47,331 bases of DNA from Nitrospirota bacterium (GCA_005877565.1 VBOK01000077.1:1-47331), one strand, 5' to 3'. Shown: positions 18,031 to 31,869, numbered from the stretch's first letter. Notes: generated by a model not told the origin, from the letters alone. Numbers and translations: made by a program.

Positions 18031-18781
18031 GGGCCCGGACGGCGTCGGGCGCTCGACCCACATCGAATCAATCCAGGAGTGGCTGGAGGTGCAGGGCTAC
18101 GGGGTCCTCACCACCGGATGGACCCGCTCGGAGCTCATGTCGAAGGCCATCACGAGCGCCAAGCAGGGCAACATCCTGGACCCCTGGAGCTACAGCCTGC
18201 TATACGCCACAGACTTTGCGGACCGGCTGGAACACCAAATCATTCCGGCGTTGCGCTCGGGCTTCGTGGTCCTCTCCGATCGCTACATCTACACCGCCTT
18301 CGCCCGTAACGTCGTCCGTGGGTGCGACCGCGAGTGGATCCGCGGCGTCTTCGGTTTCGCGATCGTGCCGGATCTCGCCTGCTATCTCCGGATTGACGCG
18401 GACACGCTGGCGCTCCGGGTCATCGAATCCAAGGGCATGACCTACTGGGAATCCGGCATGGACATGCGGCTGGGGGCAGACCTCTACGACAGTTTCAAGA
18501 AATACCAGGGCATGATCATCGAGGAGTCCGACAAGATGGCCGAGGAGTTCGGCTTCCAGATCGTGGACGCCCGGCGCCCGCCGGAGGAAATTCAGGAGGC
18601 CCTGCGAGCTCGCATCCTGCCCATCCTCAAGGAAAGCCGCACGAAGCGTATCAGTAAAGCCGCTGCGGAAAAGGCCGCCGCCGAGAAAGCTGCGGCCGAA
18701 AAGCTTGCGGAAAAGGGCGCTGAAAAATCCAGCGAGAAAGCCAGTGAGCCCGCCCCCGTCAAGGAACCCGCTACCACCTGA
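17948..18781 (+). CDS. thymidylate kinase-like paralog 2 with Walker A Lys-to-Arg change and an (AAEK)n tail
   Basis: AIEGPDGVGRST, LSDRYIYTAFA, and the C-terminal AAEKAAAEKAAAEKLAEKGAEKSSEK. It overlaps paralog 1 by 83 nt. Confidence 0.65.
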   Translation: MQSEKRYFGEGLPYQSLKGLKGKLIAIEGPDGVGRSTHIESIQEWLEVQGYGVLTTGWTRSELMSKAITSAKQGNILDPWSYSLLYATDFADRLEHQIIPALRSGFVVLSDRYIYTAFARNVVRGCDREWIRGVFGFAIVPDLACYLRIDADTLALRVIESKGMTYWESGMDMRLGADLYDSFKKYQGMIIEESDKMAEEFGFQIVDARRPPEEIQEALRARILPILKESRTKRISKAAAEKAAAEKAAAEKLAEKGAEKSSEKASEPAPVKEPATT

Positions 18782-19754
18782 TCAAGGCGGTGGCCCAGGT
18801 GAGGCCGCCGCCGATCGTGGCGAGACAGACCAGATCGCCCGCTCTGATCTTGCCCGCCCGAACCGCGGCATCCAGCGTCAGCGGCAACGACGATGAGGAG
18901 GTATTCCCGTACCGTTCAATCAGACTGAACGTGCGCGACGACTCGATGCCGAGCCGCTCCCTCACCCTCTCCAGCAGCCGCCCGTTGGCCTGATGAAAGA
19001 TGAAGCAGCGGACGTCGGGAACGGCGACTCCATGTTCCCGCAAGGTCTCCGTCACGGCCATCTCCAGACGGCGCACCGCCACGCGAAACAGGCTGGGGCC
19101 CCGCATGTGGATCGCATGGAGTCCTTCGGCCACCGTCTTCTCAGACGGAGGCATCCTGGAGCCGCCCGCGCGGATCTGGATCAACTCCGCATGGGAGCCA
19201 TCCGACCGCAACGAGACCGACAAGACCCCATGGCGTCCATCACCAGGCGCCAAGACCGCGGCCCCCGCTCCGTCCCCGAAGAGGATCGCCGTGCTGGGCT
19301 CCTTATAATTGAGGAAGCGCGACTTCACTTCTGCCGCGGCGACCAGGACCCGACTTGCCTGGCCCAGCCGGATCATGTGATCCCCGACCGACAACGCATA
19401 GAGAAACCCTGAACAGGACGCCGCGAGGTCGAAGGCAAAAGCCTGCTTTGCGCCCAGTAACCGTTGCACGTGGCAGGCCGACGCGGGCATCGGCGTATCA
19501 GGCGACGTCGTGGACAGGATGATCACATCGAGCGCGTGCGGTGGCACACCGGCCGCTTCCAGCGCGGCCAGGGCGGCCCGCTGCGTGAGGTGAGACGTCG
19601 CCTCATCCGGCCCGGCCCACCGGCGCTCTTTGATGCCGGTCCTCCGGTAAATAGCCGACGGACTCATCCCCGTCAGGCGGGCCAGCTCAGTGTTCGAGAC
19701 AACACGGAGCGGGACATACCCGCCTGTGCCAACGATCCGCGACCGTAGGGTCAT
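18771..19754 (-). CDS. fabH: 3-oxoacyl-ACP synthase III (KAS III)
   Basis: Active-site Cys in AASCSGFLYAL, plus HQANGRL and GNTSSSSLP motifs. Confidence 0.85.
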   Translation of the reverse strand: MTLRSRIVGTGGYVPLRVVSNTELARLTGMSPSAIYRRTGIKERRWAGPDEATSHLTQRAALAALEAAGVPPHALDVIILSTTSPDTPMPASACHVQRLLGAKQAFAFDLAASCSGFLYALSVGDHMIRLGQASRVLVAAAEVKSRFLNYKEPSTAILFGDGAGAAVLAPGDGRHGVLSVSLRSDGSHAELIQIRAGGSRMPPSEKTVAEGLHAIHMRGPSLFRVAVRRLEMAVTETLREHGVAVPDVRCFIFHQANGRLLERVRERLGIESSRTFSLIERYGNTSSSSLPLTLDAAVRAGKIRAGDLVCLATIGGGLTWATALIRW

Positions 19755-19859
19755 AGGGTCTTTCCATGCATCAAGGACAGGAGATTATAGGAATCAGCCT
19801 TACAGGGTGTCAATTTATGCTTGATTTCGACATGGTTGTCTGATATTAGGTTTCCCCGT

Positions 19860-20759
19860 ATGCGCGTTTACGTACCCCTCGCCGCAACCGTGCTGGTCGG
19901 CCTCCTTCTCGCCAGTTGCTCCAGCACGTCCAAGGCTCCGCAGTCCAAGGATGCAGCGATCCCTGCGACCGACGCCGACGAGCAGGTTTTGAAGACCGAC
20001 CCCCTCGAGCGCAACTACGACCCGCACGTCATCATGAAGCGGGCCGAAGCGTTCTTCGAGAAAGAAGACTATGCCGAGGCCGCGGTCGAGTACCAGCACT
20101 TCCTGGATCTCCACAAGGCGCACATGCTGGCGCCGTACGCCCAGTACCGCCTGGGGCTCAGTCATTACAAGCAGGTCACGGCCCTGGACCGTGATCCGGA
20201 GCACGTCCGCCAGACCATTGACGCGATGGAGAAGCTCTTGAAGGAGTATCCGGGCAGCGCGTACGAACTGGACGCCCACGCGAAGATCCAGGAAGGCCGC
20301 GAGCACCTCGCCGCCTACGAGATCTACGTGGGCAAGCACTACTATCGCCAGGCCGCGTACCTCGCTGCCCTGCATCGGTTCGAGCGTGTGCTCGCCCTGT
20401 ACGCCGACCTGGAAGATTCGGCTGAAGCCCACTACTACCTGGCCAAGACCTACAAGGACATCGGCGCGCCGGAACGCGCGGTCGAACACTTGACCGTCTT
20501 GCTGACCCAATACCCCAAGGCCAAGGTCCGGAAAGACGGCCAGGCGCTGCTGGCTTCGCTGAACGGCAAGGCCGCTTCGATGCTGGCAACGGCAGACGCC
20601 CCCTCGCTGCCGTCCAAGGCGTCACTGCCGGCTCCTTTGCCGCCCCTGCCCCCAACCCGGTCGTTGTCCATGAACCCCGCGGACATTCTCCCGGCCGGCG
20701 CGAACGGCTACGGTCACACGCCGGCCATCATCGACTGCGGCCTGAACATCCTCTGCTGA
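19860..20759 (+). CDS. bamD: outer membrane protein assembly factor BamD-like TPR lipoprotein
   Basis: MRVYVPLAATVLVGLLLASC lipobox, TPR-like repeats with YQHFLDLH and YRLGLSHY, and a Pro-rich C-terminal extension. Confidence 0.7.
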   Translation: MRVYVPLAATVLVGLLLASCSSTSKAPQSKDAAIPATDADEQVLKTDPLERNYDPHVIMKRAEAFFEKEDYAEAAVEYQHFLDLHKAHMLAPYAQYRLGLSHYKQVTALDRDPEHVRQTIDAMEKLLKEYPGSAYELDAHAKIQEGREHLAAYEIYVGKHYYRQAAYLAALHRFERVLALYADLEDSAEAHYYLAKTYKDIGAPERAVEHLTVLLTQYPKAKVRKDGQALLASLNGKAASMLATADAPSLPSKASLPAPLPPLPPTRSLSMNPADILPAGANGYGHTPAIIDCGLNILC

Positions 20760-21927
20760 AAACCGACGCAGCCTTCTCCCGCACGAGGCGCGCGAAGAAG
20801 GCCTCCGCCTTGCCCCTGATTTTCGCGAAGAAACTCTGGTAGGTCTCGCGTCCCTTGAGGACGTCGTAGTAAAGGCGCACGACTTCAGGCCCGCGCCGAA
20901 GCGCCTGGTGCATGATGCGAGGGAAGGTATACACCGCCCAGGCCATCCGAGCCGCCACTCGAAACTCGGGATAGATCTCGCGGGCGACCTCCGCGTCGTA
21001 CGCCGTCAGGTCCGGTGTCAGCCCGTGCAGATGGTCCACGATGCTCACCGCCGCCATCCGGCCGCTGAGGATCGCGTAATAGATCCCCTCCCCCAACACC
21101 GGATCCACGAGGTGTGCTGCGTCGCCAACCAGGACGGCCCGCTTCGTGGCCAGCGGCATCCGCTCGGCGGGCCTGCCTCCATAGAGCGGAATCGGATGTC
21201 CGAGCCCGCGCGGGACCTCGATCCCCGTGAGGGTAGGCTCTCCTTGGACGAAGCGATCGTAGCATCCCTTCGGATTTCTCTCCCGCCCGTGAAGCCCCGC
21301 GACTCCCACAGACAGCCGCCCCTCTTTCGGGAAGACCCACGCGTAGCCCCATGGCACGACTCCGATGTCCAGCGCGATTGCGCCAGCTCCCAGACTGGAC
21401 GGAATCCGGGGAACAGCGACCTCGCCTTCGAGCGCGCCCCACAAACGCCCGCGGCGACCGGCAAACAGAGACCGGGCGACGACGCTGTTCGCACCGTCGG
21501 CGCCCACCACGATCCTGGCCCGATACCAGCCCCGCGCCGTCGTCACCGCCACGCCGTCCGCACCTTCCGAGACAGACACCACCCGTTCATTGTCCAAGAT
21601 GCGGACTCCGCGAGCTTCCGCTTTGCGCACCAGATGGGCGTCGAAGCGGTCGCGCATCACCATAAAGGCGATCGGCTCGCGGGATACGACCTCGAACGAC
21701 TCGGTCCCGGCGAACCGGAACCGCACGGCATGGATGGTGTCCTCGATCAGCGGGTGGAAATCGGGCTCCAGCAGACGATCGATGCGAGCGGAAAGGCCTC
21801 CGCCGCATACCTTATAGCGGGGCACCGCCTTCCATTCCAGCCCCAATACCGAGAGACCGGCCCGCGCCAGCTCGGCCGCGGTGACGGCGCCAGCCGGTCC
21901 CAGCCCCACGACGATCGCGTCGTACAC
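20728..21927 (-). CDS. FAD-dependent geranylgeranyl reductase-family oxidoreductase
   Basis: MYDAIVVGLGPAGAVTAAELARAG dinucleotide-binding fold. LVGDAAHLVDPVLGEGI is present. Confidence 0.75.
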   Translation of the reverse strand: MYDAIVVGLGPAGAVTAAELARAGLSVLGLEWKAVPRYKVCGGGLSARIDRLLEPDFHPLIEDTIHAVRFRFAGTESFEVVSREPIAFMVMRDRFDAHLVRKAEARGVRILDNERVVSVSEGADGVAVTTARGWYRARIVVGADGANSVVARSLFAGRRGRLWGALEGEVAVPRIPSSLGAGAIALDIGVVPWGYAWVFPKEGRLSVGVAGLHGRERNPKGCYDRFVQGEPTLTGIEVPRGLGHPIPLYGGRPAERMPLATKRAVLVGDAAHLVDPVLGEGIYYAILSGRMAAVSIVDHLHGLTPDLTAYDAEVAREIYPEFRVAARMAWAVYTFPRIMHQALRRGPEVVRLYYDVLKGRETYQSFFAKIRGKAEAFFARLVREKAASVFSRGCSGRSR

Positions 21928-22668
21928 TCAGTAATACCAGCCGATCCCGCGACGTTCCAGCTCGCCGGTGATGAGCGCCAAGCTGTTCGTGTAGAGCATG
22001 ACTCCGACGAGGACGAGAAAGACCCCGCTGACGACGGAGATGCCGTACATGTAGTGGCGGATTCGCTTGAAGTAGTGGAGGAAGGGGTCCAAGGAAAGGG
22101 CGATGGCGAAGAGGGGCAGCCCGATGCCCAGGGAATAACTGGACAGGAGCTTCACGCCAGTCATCATCGAATCGCTGGTCCCGGCAAGCATGAGAATGGT
22201 CCCGAGAATCGGTCCCACACATGGAGTCCACCCTGCGGCGAACGCCATGCCGACGAGCAACGAACCGATGTAGCCGGCCGGCCGGCTCTGCAGGTGGATG
22301 CGCTTCTCGGTCAGGAGGAAATTCAGCTTCAGCACCCCCATGACGTACAACCCGAATATCACGATCAGGATTCCACCCGCCTTCCGCATGAAATCCTGGT
22401 AGGTGAACAGCAAGTGCCCGATCAGACTGGCCGAGGCGCCGAAGGCGACGAACACAGCGGTCAGACCCAGGATAAAAAACAGGGAGTTCAAGATGATGGT
22501 CGCGCGCACCCGACTCCGATCTGTCTGATTGGTCAGCTCCTCAAGGGTCAGGCCGGTGATATAGATGAGGTACGACGGCACCAGCGGGAGCACGCAGGGG
22601 GATACGAACGAGAGAAAGCCCGCCGCGAAAGCAATGACGAGGGTGATGTCGGGGGCCTGCTGGAACAT
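21928..22668 (-). CDS. ccdA: cytochrome c biogenesis thiol-reductant transporter CcdA (DsbD TM domain)
   Basis: FLSFVSPCVLPLVPSYL and GWTPCVGPILG are the two conserved Cys-bearing helices. Confidence 0.85.
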   Translation of the reverse strand: MFQQAPDITLVIAFAAGFLSFVSPCVLPLVPSYLIYITGLTLEELTNQTDRSRVRATIILNSLFFILGLTAVFVAFGASASLIGHLLFTYQDFMRKAGGILIVIFGLYVMGVLKLNFLLTEKRIHLQSRPAGYIGSLLVGMAFAAGWTPCVGPILGTILMLAGTSDSMMTGVKLLSSYSLGIGLPLFAIALSLDPFLHYFKRIRHYMYGISVVSGVFLVLVGVMLYTNSLALITGELERRGIGWYY

Positions 22669-22669
22669 C

Positions 22670-23236
22670 TCAACGAAATTGTAGCAGCCTCCGGATGCCG
22701 TCGCGGGCTTCAGTGTCCTGCCAGTCACGCGCGCCGAAGATCTGGTGCGTGATCACACCCTCGCGATCGACCAGGAACGTGACGGGCAGCGTCCGTACCC
22801 CGTACAGGCGCATCACCACTGCGTCCGGGTCGTGGGCGATGGTGAAGGTTAGCCCCAAGGCATCCCGGTAGGGTCTCGTCACAGCCGGTCCTTCCGGGTC
22901 CGTGGAGACCGCCAGGATCGCAAACCCCTGGCGGCGATACTCGCGGTAGAGGCGCTCCATCGCCGGCATCTCGACCTTGCACGGCCCGCACCACGTCGCC
23001 CAGAAGTTCACAAAGACGACATGCCCGCGATAGTCGGAGAGGCGCACTTCCCGGCCATCGAGCGTATTCAGCACGAAGTCCGGCGCCAAGTGGCCGACCC
23101 GGGGCGCCTCGGTGAGCACAGGCGCAGCCGGAGCCGCGACGTGGTCCCCCGTGAGCTCGTTGTCAGGCACGTCGTCGCACCCGAAGAGTCCGGCCGAGAA
23201 GACCAGCGCCAGCAGCACGGCAGTCGGGATGGACAT
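22670..23236 (-). CDS. TlpA/ResA-like thioredoxin lipoprotein
   Basis: LFGC lipobox and VNFWATWCGPCKVEMP. Confidence 0.8.
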   Translation of the reverse strand: MSIPTAVLLALVFSAGLFGCDDVPDNELTGDHVAAPAAPVLTEAPRVGHLAPDFVLNTLDGREVRLSDYRGHVVFVNFWATWCGPCKVEMPAMERLYREYRRQGFAILAVSTDPEGPAVTRPYRDALGLTFTIAHDPDAVVMRLYGVRTLPVTFLVDREGVITHQIFGARDWQDTEARDGIRRLLQFR

Positions 23237-23246
23237 GGGAACGGGC

Positions 23247-23861
23247 TTAGTCAGCCTTGACGGACTTGGACTGTTTCTGCAGCAGTTGCACGATGGTTTC
23301 GATGCTCTCGCGCCTCGTCCAGTCACGCGGCCCGATAACTTTCTCGCGGAGCACGCCGCTCTGATCAATGATATAGGTCTCCGGCACGCCCATCAGCTTG
23401 TAGCGCTTGTCGGTCTGCCCCCAGGAGTCCGTCAGGATCGGGAAGGACAACTTCAGGGTCTCGACGAAGGACGGGATGTCTTTCGTCGTCGTGACCCGGT
23501 CCATGCTGACGGCCAGCATCATGAAGTCCCGGTTCTTGAGGTTGTCCCAGAGCACCTGCATCGAGGGCATCTCTTCCTTGCAGGGCTTGCACCAGGTGGC
23601 CCAGAAGTTCAGGAAGACGACCTTGCCGCGATAGTCCGTCAGCCGCTGGGTCTTTCCCTGCAGATCCGGCAGGCTGAAGTCGGGCGCCGTCATGCCGACG
23701 ACGAGCGGCTCGTACTTGGAGCTCTGCAGCCAGACCACGCCGAATGCGAACACGAGGATGGCGAGCCCGCCGAGGATCACGATCAGCCGGCGGCGCGCCG
23801 TCGGCCTGGACCGGGCAGACGCCGCGCTCGTGCTACTGAGTGCGACGTCCTGATCAGGCAT
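23247..23861 (-). CDS. membrane-anchored TlpA/ResA-like thioredoxin
   Basis: N-terminal TM anchor and LNFWATWCKPCKEEMP. Confidence 0.8.
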   Translation of the reverse strand: MPDQDVALSSTSAASARSRPTARRRLIVILGGLAILVFAFGVVWLQSSKYEPLVVGMTAPDFSLPDLQGKTQRLTDYRGKVVFLNFWATWCKPCKEEMPSMQVLWDNLKNRDFMMLAVSMDRVTTTKDIPSFVETLKLSFPILTDSWGQTDKRYKLMGVPETYIIDQSGVLREKVIGPRDWTRRESIETIVQLLQKQSKSVKAD

Positions 23862-24762
23862 AGGCGTGCAGCCCCGACAGCAGGAAGTTGACGCCCCAGA
23901 AGCAGAAGATGACCATGCCGAAGCCGAAGACCTGATAGAGCGCGGCGCGATGGCCTTCCCAGCCCCGGTTCATGCGAGCATGGATGTAGGCGCCGTAAAT
24001 CAGCCACACGATCAGCGACCATGTCTCCTTGGGATCCCAGGACCAGTACCCGCCCCACGCGTAGTTGGCCCACATCGCGCCCAAAATGACCCCGAAAGCC
24101 AGCAGCGGGAATCCGATCATGACCGACTTGTAGCCGAGCTCGTCGATCTTCTCCAGGCTCGGAAACGTATCGTAGATCGTGCCCCGGCGTCCCCGGTGCT
24201 CCGCGCGCTCCTTGAGCAGGTACATCATGCCGAGGCCGCCCGCCATCGCGAACGCCGCGTAGCTGGTCAGCGTAATGGAGACGTGGATGTAGATCCAATA
24301 GCTGTTCAACGCCGGCACCAGCGGCTCCGCGACCTGATAGCGGTACGGCAGGAGCGACGCGGCGCCCATCGCGATGAACCCGACCGACACGACGAAGGCC
24401 CCGATGGCCTTGATCCCGTATTTGAGCTCCAGGAACAGGTAGCCTGCGATGATCGCGAAGGAGACGTATGACATCGCCTCGAACTGGTTGGACCAGGGCG
24501 CGAACGTGCCGGACAGCTGCATGCGCTCGTAGGCTCTCATCCCCAAGGCCAGGCCGTTCATCAGAAGCCCGAAGAAGGTGACCCAGGTCGCGAGCTGTCC
24601 GAGCGGCTGCGCCCAGCCGTCGTCTTCCTCGGAGGACGCCGGATGCCCGGCATACGCCGGGCGCAGGGCCTTCTTCGACGCCGCGAGGTAGCCGAAGTAG
24701 AGCCCTACCGCCGCCAGGTAGAGCCAAAACGTCACATCAAAGAGAAACAGCGATCGAAACAT
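23854..24762 (-). CDS. ccsA: System II cytochrome c maturation heme-handling protein CcsA/ResC
   Basis: WWD-type motif [20 protein letters not shown] and conserved His residues. Confidence 0.9.
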   Translation of the reverse strand: MFRSLFLFDVTFWLYLAAVGLYFGYLAASKKALRPAYAGHPASSEEDDGWAQPLGQLATWVTFFGLLMNGLALGMRAYERMQLSGTFAPWSNQFEAMSYVSFAIIAGYLFLELKYGIKAIGAFVVSVGFIAMGAASLLPYRYQVAEPLVPALNSYWIYIHVSITLTSYAAFAMAGGLGMMYLLKERAEHRGRRGTIYDTFPSLEKIDELGYKSVMIGFPLLAFGVILGAMWANYAWGGYWSWDPKETWSLIVWLIYGAYIHARMNRGWEGHRAALYQVFGFGMVIFCFWGVNFLLSGLHAYA

Positions 24763-24781
24763 AGCTTCTCCTCATTATAGC

Positions 24782-26203
24782 TTAGGCTGTTGGATGTCGC
24801 AGCGTCTTGAGACGCTCACTGATCCGTTGAAACTCGCGATCGAAGTCGATCTGCCCTTTGTAGGCCGTCCCGCCCAGGTAGACCGTCACGCCGTGCGGCT
24901 CGGAGACCACTTTGGCCCATACCCGCCGGTGAAAGATGAATGCCGACAGCATCACTCCCACAACCAGCAGGGTGGAGCCAACCCACACGATGATCACGCC
25001 CGGGTCCTTGGCGATCTGCAAGCCGGTGAACTTTTTCGTCAGGTAGCCAGTCAGCTCGAACTTGTACTTGGACCCCTGGATCTCGAACAGGTCGGGATAA
25101 TTATAGAAGATCCACGGTGCCGCGAGCTGCCGATCGTATTCCGTGATGGCCAGCTTGATAGCCGGGTTCTCGTGCTCGACCGTCTTCGAATAGACGCGAC
25201 GGTCCTTGGCGTCGAACCCGAAGTCCGCCACGAAATCCGTCAACTGGAGCTTGAGCCCCAGATTTTTCAGCTCGGACTCCTTACGCCAGTCCAGGATTGC
25301 CTCGCCGACGACCTTGTCCGTGGCCTTTTCCCGCACCACGATCCGCGCCTTTTCGACGCGGTCCCAGGAGTCGCCATAGCTGGACTGATAGAACCAGATG
25401 CCCTTATAGACCAGCGGGTCGTTGACGGTGATCGTCTTGGTGACCTGCTTCTCCCCGTTCTCGAGGACCGTGAGGGTGCTGTTGTAGGACTTGACCGCGC
25501 CGTTGTCGTAGTAGTCGAGCCAGAACTTGTCCACGTGCAGGTCAAAGTTCCCCTGCGGGACGTGATAGGTCTCCCCTTCGAGGCAGACGCCGAAGTCGCG
25601 GAAGCCCAGGATGTTACCGATGAGCCCGCCCGCCACGATGACCGTCACGCTGAGGTGGGCCACATGGGCGGCGACCCGACCCATGATGCCTTTCGTCGCG
25701 TAGAGGGTCGTCTCGGTCTCGGCCTTGTTGACCAGCACACGATAGCCCCGTTCGGCGAACGCCAAGCCCAACGCCTCGGCGACCTTGGGCCGTTCGTCCG
25801 GCAGGTCCACCGTCGCGGATCGCTTCAGGTTCTGGATGAACGATGCCGTGACGTTGACCTTATCCTGCCGGATCGAGCGCCAGATCGCCGGGAACCGCTG
25901 GTGGAAACAGGTCAGGGAGTTGATGCAGAGCAGGACCAGAACGGTCGAGAAGTACCAGGTATGATAGATGTCAACGAACCCCAGCTTGACGAACCACCAG
26001 TAGGCGTTCTCCCCGTACTCCTTGATGTAGACCTCAGGCCGCTCGCCCTGTTGGATGACCGTCCCCACCGTCGAGAGAATGGCCAGGGTGATCATCAGGA
26101 AAATCGCCAGTTTCAGCGAGCTGAAAAACTCGACGAGGGCGTCGCCGAATTCCTTGAAACTGAACGACTTCGCATCCTCGGTCCGTTTCGTAATGGCATC
26201 CAT
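24782..26203 (-). CDS. resB: System II cytochrome c maturation protein ResB/Ccs1
   Basis: The N-terminal segment [23 protein letters not shown] is typical of ResB. It has a large soluble loop and a C-terminal TM. It is adjacent to ccsA. Confidence 0.85.
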   Translation of the reverse strand: MDAITKRTEDAKSFSFKEFGDALVEFFSSLKLAIFLMITLAILSTVGTVIQQGERPEVYIKEYGENAYWWFVKLGFVDIYHTWYFSTVLVLLCINSLTCFHQRFPAIWRSIRQDKVNVTASFIQNLKRSATVDLPDERPKVAEALGLAFAERGYRVLVNKAETETTLYATKGIMGRVAAHVAHLSVTVIVAGGLIGNILGFRDFGVCLEGETYHVPQGNFDLHVDKFWLDYYDNGAVKSYNSTLTVLENGEKQVTKTITVNDPLVYKGIWFYQSSYGDSWDRVEKARIVVREKATDKVVGEAILDWRKESELKNLGLKLQLTDFVADFGFDAKDRRVYSKTVEHENPAIKLAITEYDRQLAAPWIFYNYPDLFEIQGSKYKFELTGYLTKKFTGLQIAKDPGVIIVWVGSTLLVVGVMLSAFIFHRRVWAKVVSEPHGVTVYLGGTAYKGQIDFDREFQRISERLKTLRHPTA

Positions 26204-26377
26204 GGGGTTCGTGGCTTGAGCGTTGATCGCGGCTATTCAATCCTACAAGGCGCGTGCAGGGACTGTCAAGATTTCTCCTTGACAACCGTGGACTTCACTC
26301 GCTACTCTCAGGGCCGAATCCGTCCGTGCCCGGACTCAGACTCTCAGGCAGCAAACCACAATGAGGGACTCCGAATA

Positions 26378-28681
<2,304 letters not shown>

Positions 28682-28736
28682 GTCGGATTGACTCCGTGGG
28701 ACCATTCGCATAAGATGCGAATCCCTAAATCATTAA

Positions 28737-29795
<1,059 letters not shown>

Positions 29796-29814
29796 GCGTA
29801 CCGGTCCCCTCCGC

Positions 29815-31014
29815 ATGCATCTGAACAAAGTCACCATCGAGGACCTGCCCCTCCGGGGAAAGCGCGTCATCATCCGCGCGGACTTCAACGTGCCGCTGGA
29901 CGAGAGCGGTCACATCACGGACGATACCCGCATCCGGGGCACCCTCCCGACCATCAACTACGCAGTGGACGAAGGCGCGCGGGTGATCCTGTGCTCCCAC
30001 CTGGGGCGTCCCAAGGGGAAAGTGGACCCACGCCTGAGCCTGGCGCCGGTCGCGCGCCGCCTCCAGCGCCTGCTCGGCAAAGAAGTCCTCTTCGCGGAGG
30101 ACTGCATCGGCGCGCAAGCCGAAACGCTGGTGAACAAGATGAAGCCGGGCGACGTGCTCCTGCTGGAGAATCTCCGATTCCACGCCGGCGAAGAGCAGAA
30201 CGACGACCAGTTCGCCAAGGCGCTGGCCTCCCTCGCCGACGCCTACGTCAACGACGCCTTCGGAGCCGCCCACCGCAACCACGCCTCCGTCTCGGGCATC
30301 ACAAAATACCTCCCCATGGCCGGGGCCGGCTTCCTCATGCGCAAGGAGATCGAGTACCTGGAAGGCGCCGTGGCCGACCCCATGCGCCCCTTCGTGGCCA
30401 TCCTGGGCGGAGCCAAGGTGTCCGGCAAGATCGGCGTGATCGAAAACCTCGGGAAAAAGGTGAACAAAGTCATCATCGGAGGCGGCATGGCGTTCACCTT
30501 CCTCAAGGCCATGGGCCTTGAGGTCGGCAACTCGCTCGTCGAGGACGGGATGCTTAGCTTCGCCAAGGAGATCTACGAGCACGCGGTCGGCCGGGGCGTG
30601 AAGTTCTACCTGCCCGTGGATTGCGTCGTGGCGACCAGCCCCAGCCCCGGGGAAGAAACCAAGATCGTGACGTCACAGGAGATTCCCAAGGGATGGTACG
30701 GCCTCGACATTGGCCCGGCCTCCGTCAAGTTGTTCACGGAAGCGCTCGGCAACGCCAAGACCATCCTCTGGAACGGCCCCATGGGACTCTTCGAAAACGA
30801 CGCCTACGCGCGCGGCACGATGGCGGTCGCCCACGCGGTCGCCGACGCCTACGCGTTGACCATCGTCGGCGGGGCAGACACGGCGCTGGCGGTCCACAAG
30901 GCAGGCGTGTCCGAGAGCATGTCCTTCATCTCCACCGGCGGCGGCGCCGCTCTCGAATTGCTGGAAGGCAAGGCCCTGCCGGGCATCGCTGCCCTGCCCA
31001 GCAAACCGACCTGA
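29815..31014 (+). CDS. pgk: phosphoglycerate kinase
   Basis: RADFNVPLD, SHLGRPKG and GGGMAFTFLKA. Confidence 0.95.
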   Translation: MHLNKVTIEDLPLRGKRVIIRADFNVPLDESGHITDDTRIRGTLPTINYAVDEGARVILCSHLGRPKGKVDPRLSLAPVARRLQRLLGKEVLFAEDCIGAQAETLVNKMKPGDVLLLENLRFHAGEEQNDDQFAKALASLADAYVNDAFGAAHRNHASVSGITKYLPMAGAGFLMRKEIEYLEGAVADPMRPFVAILGGAKVSGKIGVIENLGKKVNKVIIGGGMAFTFLKAMGLEVGNSLVEDGMLSFAKEIYEHAVGRGVKFYLPVDCVVATSPSPGEETKIVTSQEIPKGWYGLDIGPASVKLFTEALGNAKTILWNGPMGLFENDAYARGTMAVAHAVADAYALTIVGGADTALAVHKAGVSESMSFISTGGGAALELLEGKALPGIAALPSKPT

Positions 31015-31032
31015 TCCACCCGACGAAGTCCC

Positions 31033-31860
31033 ATGACCCCACGCCTGCGGCTGATCGTCGGAAACTGGAAGATGCACAAGACGATCCCGGAGGCCGTGGG
31101 ACTCGTCGAGCACCTGGCTGATCTGCTGAAGAAGTCTCCACCCACGAACGTCACCATCGTCATTGCTCCTCCGTTCACAGCCCTTTCAGCCGTCGCATCG
31201 GCATTAACGACGCATGGGCTCTTCGAGGGCACGGGAGGGGGGACCAGCAGACCGGGATCCCCTCCCGTTTCGATAGCCGCGCAGGACATGCACTGGGAAG
31301 ATGCCGGCGCGTACACCGGGGAAGTCTCGCCGCCGATGCTCAAAGATCTGGGCTGCCGCTACGTGATCGTCGGCCATTCGGAACGACGCCGCTATTTTGG
31401 CGAGACCGACGCCCTTGTACGGAAGAAAGTGCTGGCCGCGCTGCGCCACGGATTGCGGCCCATCCTCTGCATCGGCGAGACGTGGGACCAGCGCGCCCGC
31501 AATCAGACGGGGTCGGTGCTGGCCGCTCAATTGACGGAGGCGCTGACGGACGTTGACAAGGACCAGGGCGCGGATGTCGTGATCGCCTATGAACCGGTCT
31601 GGGCGATCGGGTCCGGCCAGCCCGCCACGCCCACGCAAGCCCGTGAGGCGCACCGGCACATTCGAGCGCGGATCACGGCGCGGTGGAGGCACGAGACAGG
31701 CGAGCGCGTGCCGATCCTCTACGGAGGGAGCGTGACGCCAGAGAACATCGGCGAGCTGCTCGCCATCCGCGAAGTGGATGGCGCGCTCGTCGGCGGAGCT
31801 TGTCTCGATCCCCCCCAGTTTGCTAGAATCCTCGCCGTCGCCAGTTCCGCTAAGGCGTAG
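31033..31860 (+). CDS. tpiA: triosephosphate isomerase
   Basis: GNWKMHKT, VGHSERR, AYEPVWAIGSG and YGGSV. Confidence 0.9.
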   Translation: MTPRLRLIVGNWKMHKTIPEAVGLVEHLADLLKKSPPTNVTIVIAPPFTALSAVASALTTHGLFEGTGGGTSRPGSPPVSIAAQDMHWEDAGAYTGEVSPPMLKDLGCRYVIVGHSERRRYFGETDALVRKKVLAALRHGLRPILCIGETWDQRARNQTGSVLAAQLTEALTDVDKDQGADVVIAYEPVWAIGSGQPATPTQAREAHRHIRARITARWRHETGERVPILYGGSVTPENIGELLAIREVDGALVGGACLDPPQFARILAVASSAKA

Positions 31861-31869
31861 GAGCATGCC

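Noticed and set aside
20908-22752. 614-aa ORF, plus similar long antisense ORFs (39063-40469, 6904-8025, 6014-6907, 17188-17949, 19815-20510)
   Set aside because: Each lies opposite a gene with clear family motifs. Their translations are Arg/Gly/His/Asp/Pro-rich low-information sequence, typical of antisense frames in GC-rich DNA.
22670-23861. Two tandem TlpA/ResA thioredoxins as something unusual
   Set aside because: Duplicated periplasmic thiol reductases are a normal part of System II cytochrome c maturation clusters with CcdA.
26204-26377. SAM riboswitch upstream of metK, and SAH riboswitch upstream of ahcY (27530-27575)
   Set aside because: There is a TTGACA at 26279, but the leader is only about 70 nt and has no recognisable SAM-I/II/V core. 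The ahcY leader is 46 nt, too short for an SAH element.
28704-28722. Perfect 8-bp hairpin ATTCGCAT-aag-ATGCGAAT after ahcY, as a terminator
   Set aside because: The stem is short and AT-containing, has no downstream U-tract, and is followed closely by the gap gene. It is too weak to call.
31207-31266. Gly/Pro-rich extra loop in triosephosphate isomerase (TTHGLFEGTGGGTSRPGSPP)
   Set aside because: All catalytic motifs are intact and in frame. This is most simply a lineage-specific surface loop, not a disruption or inserted element.
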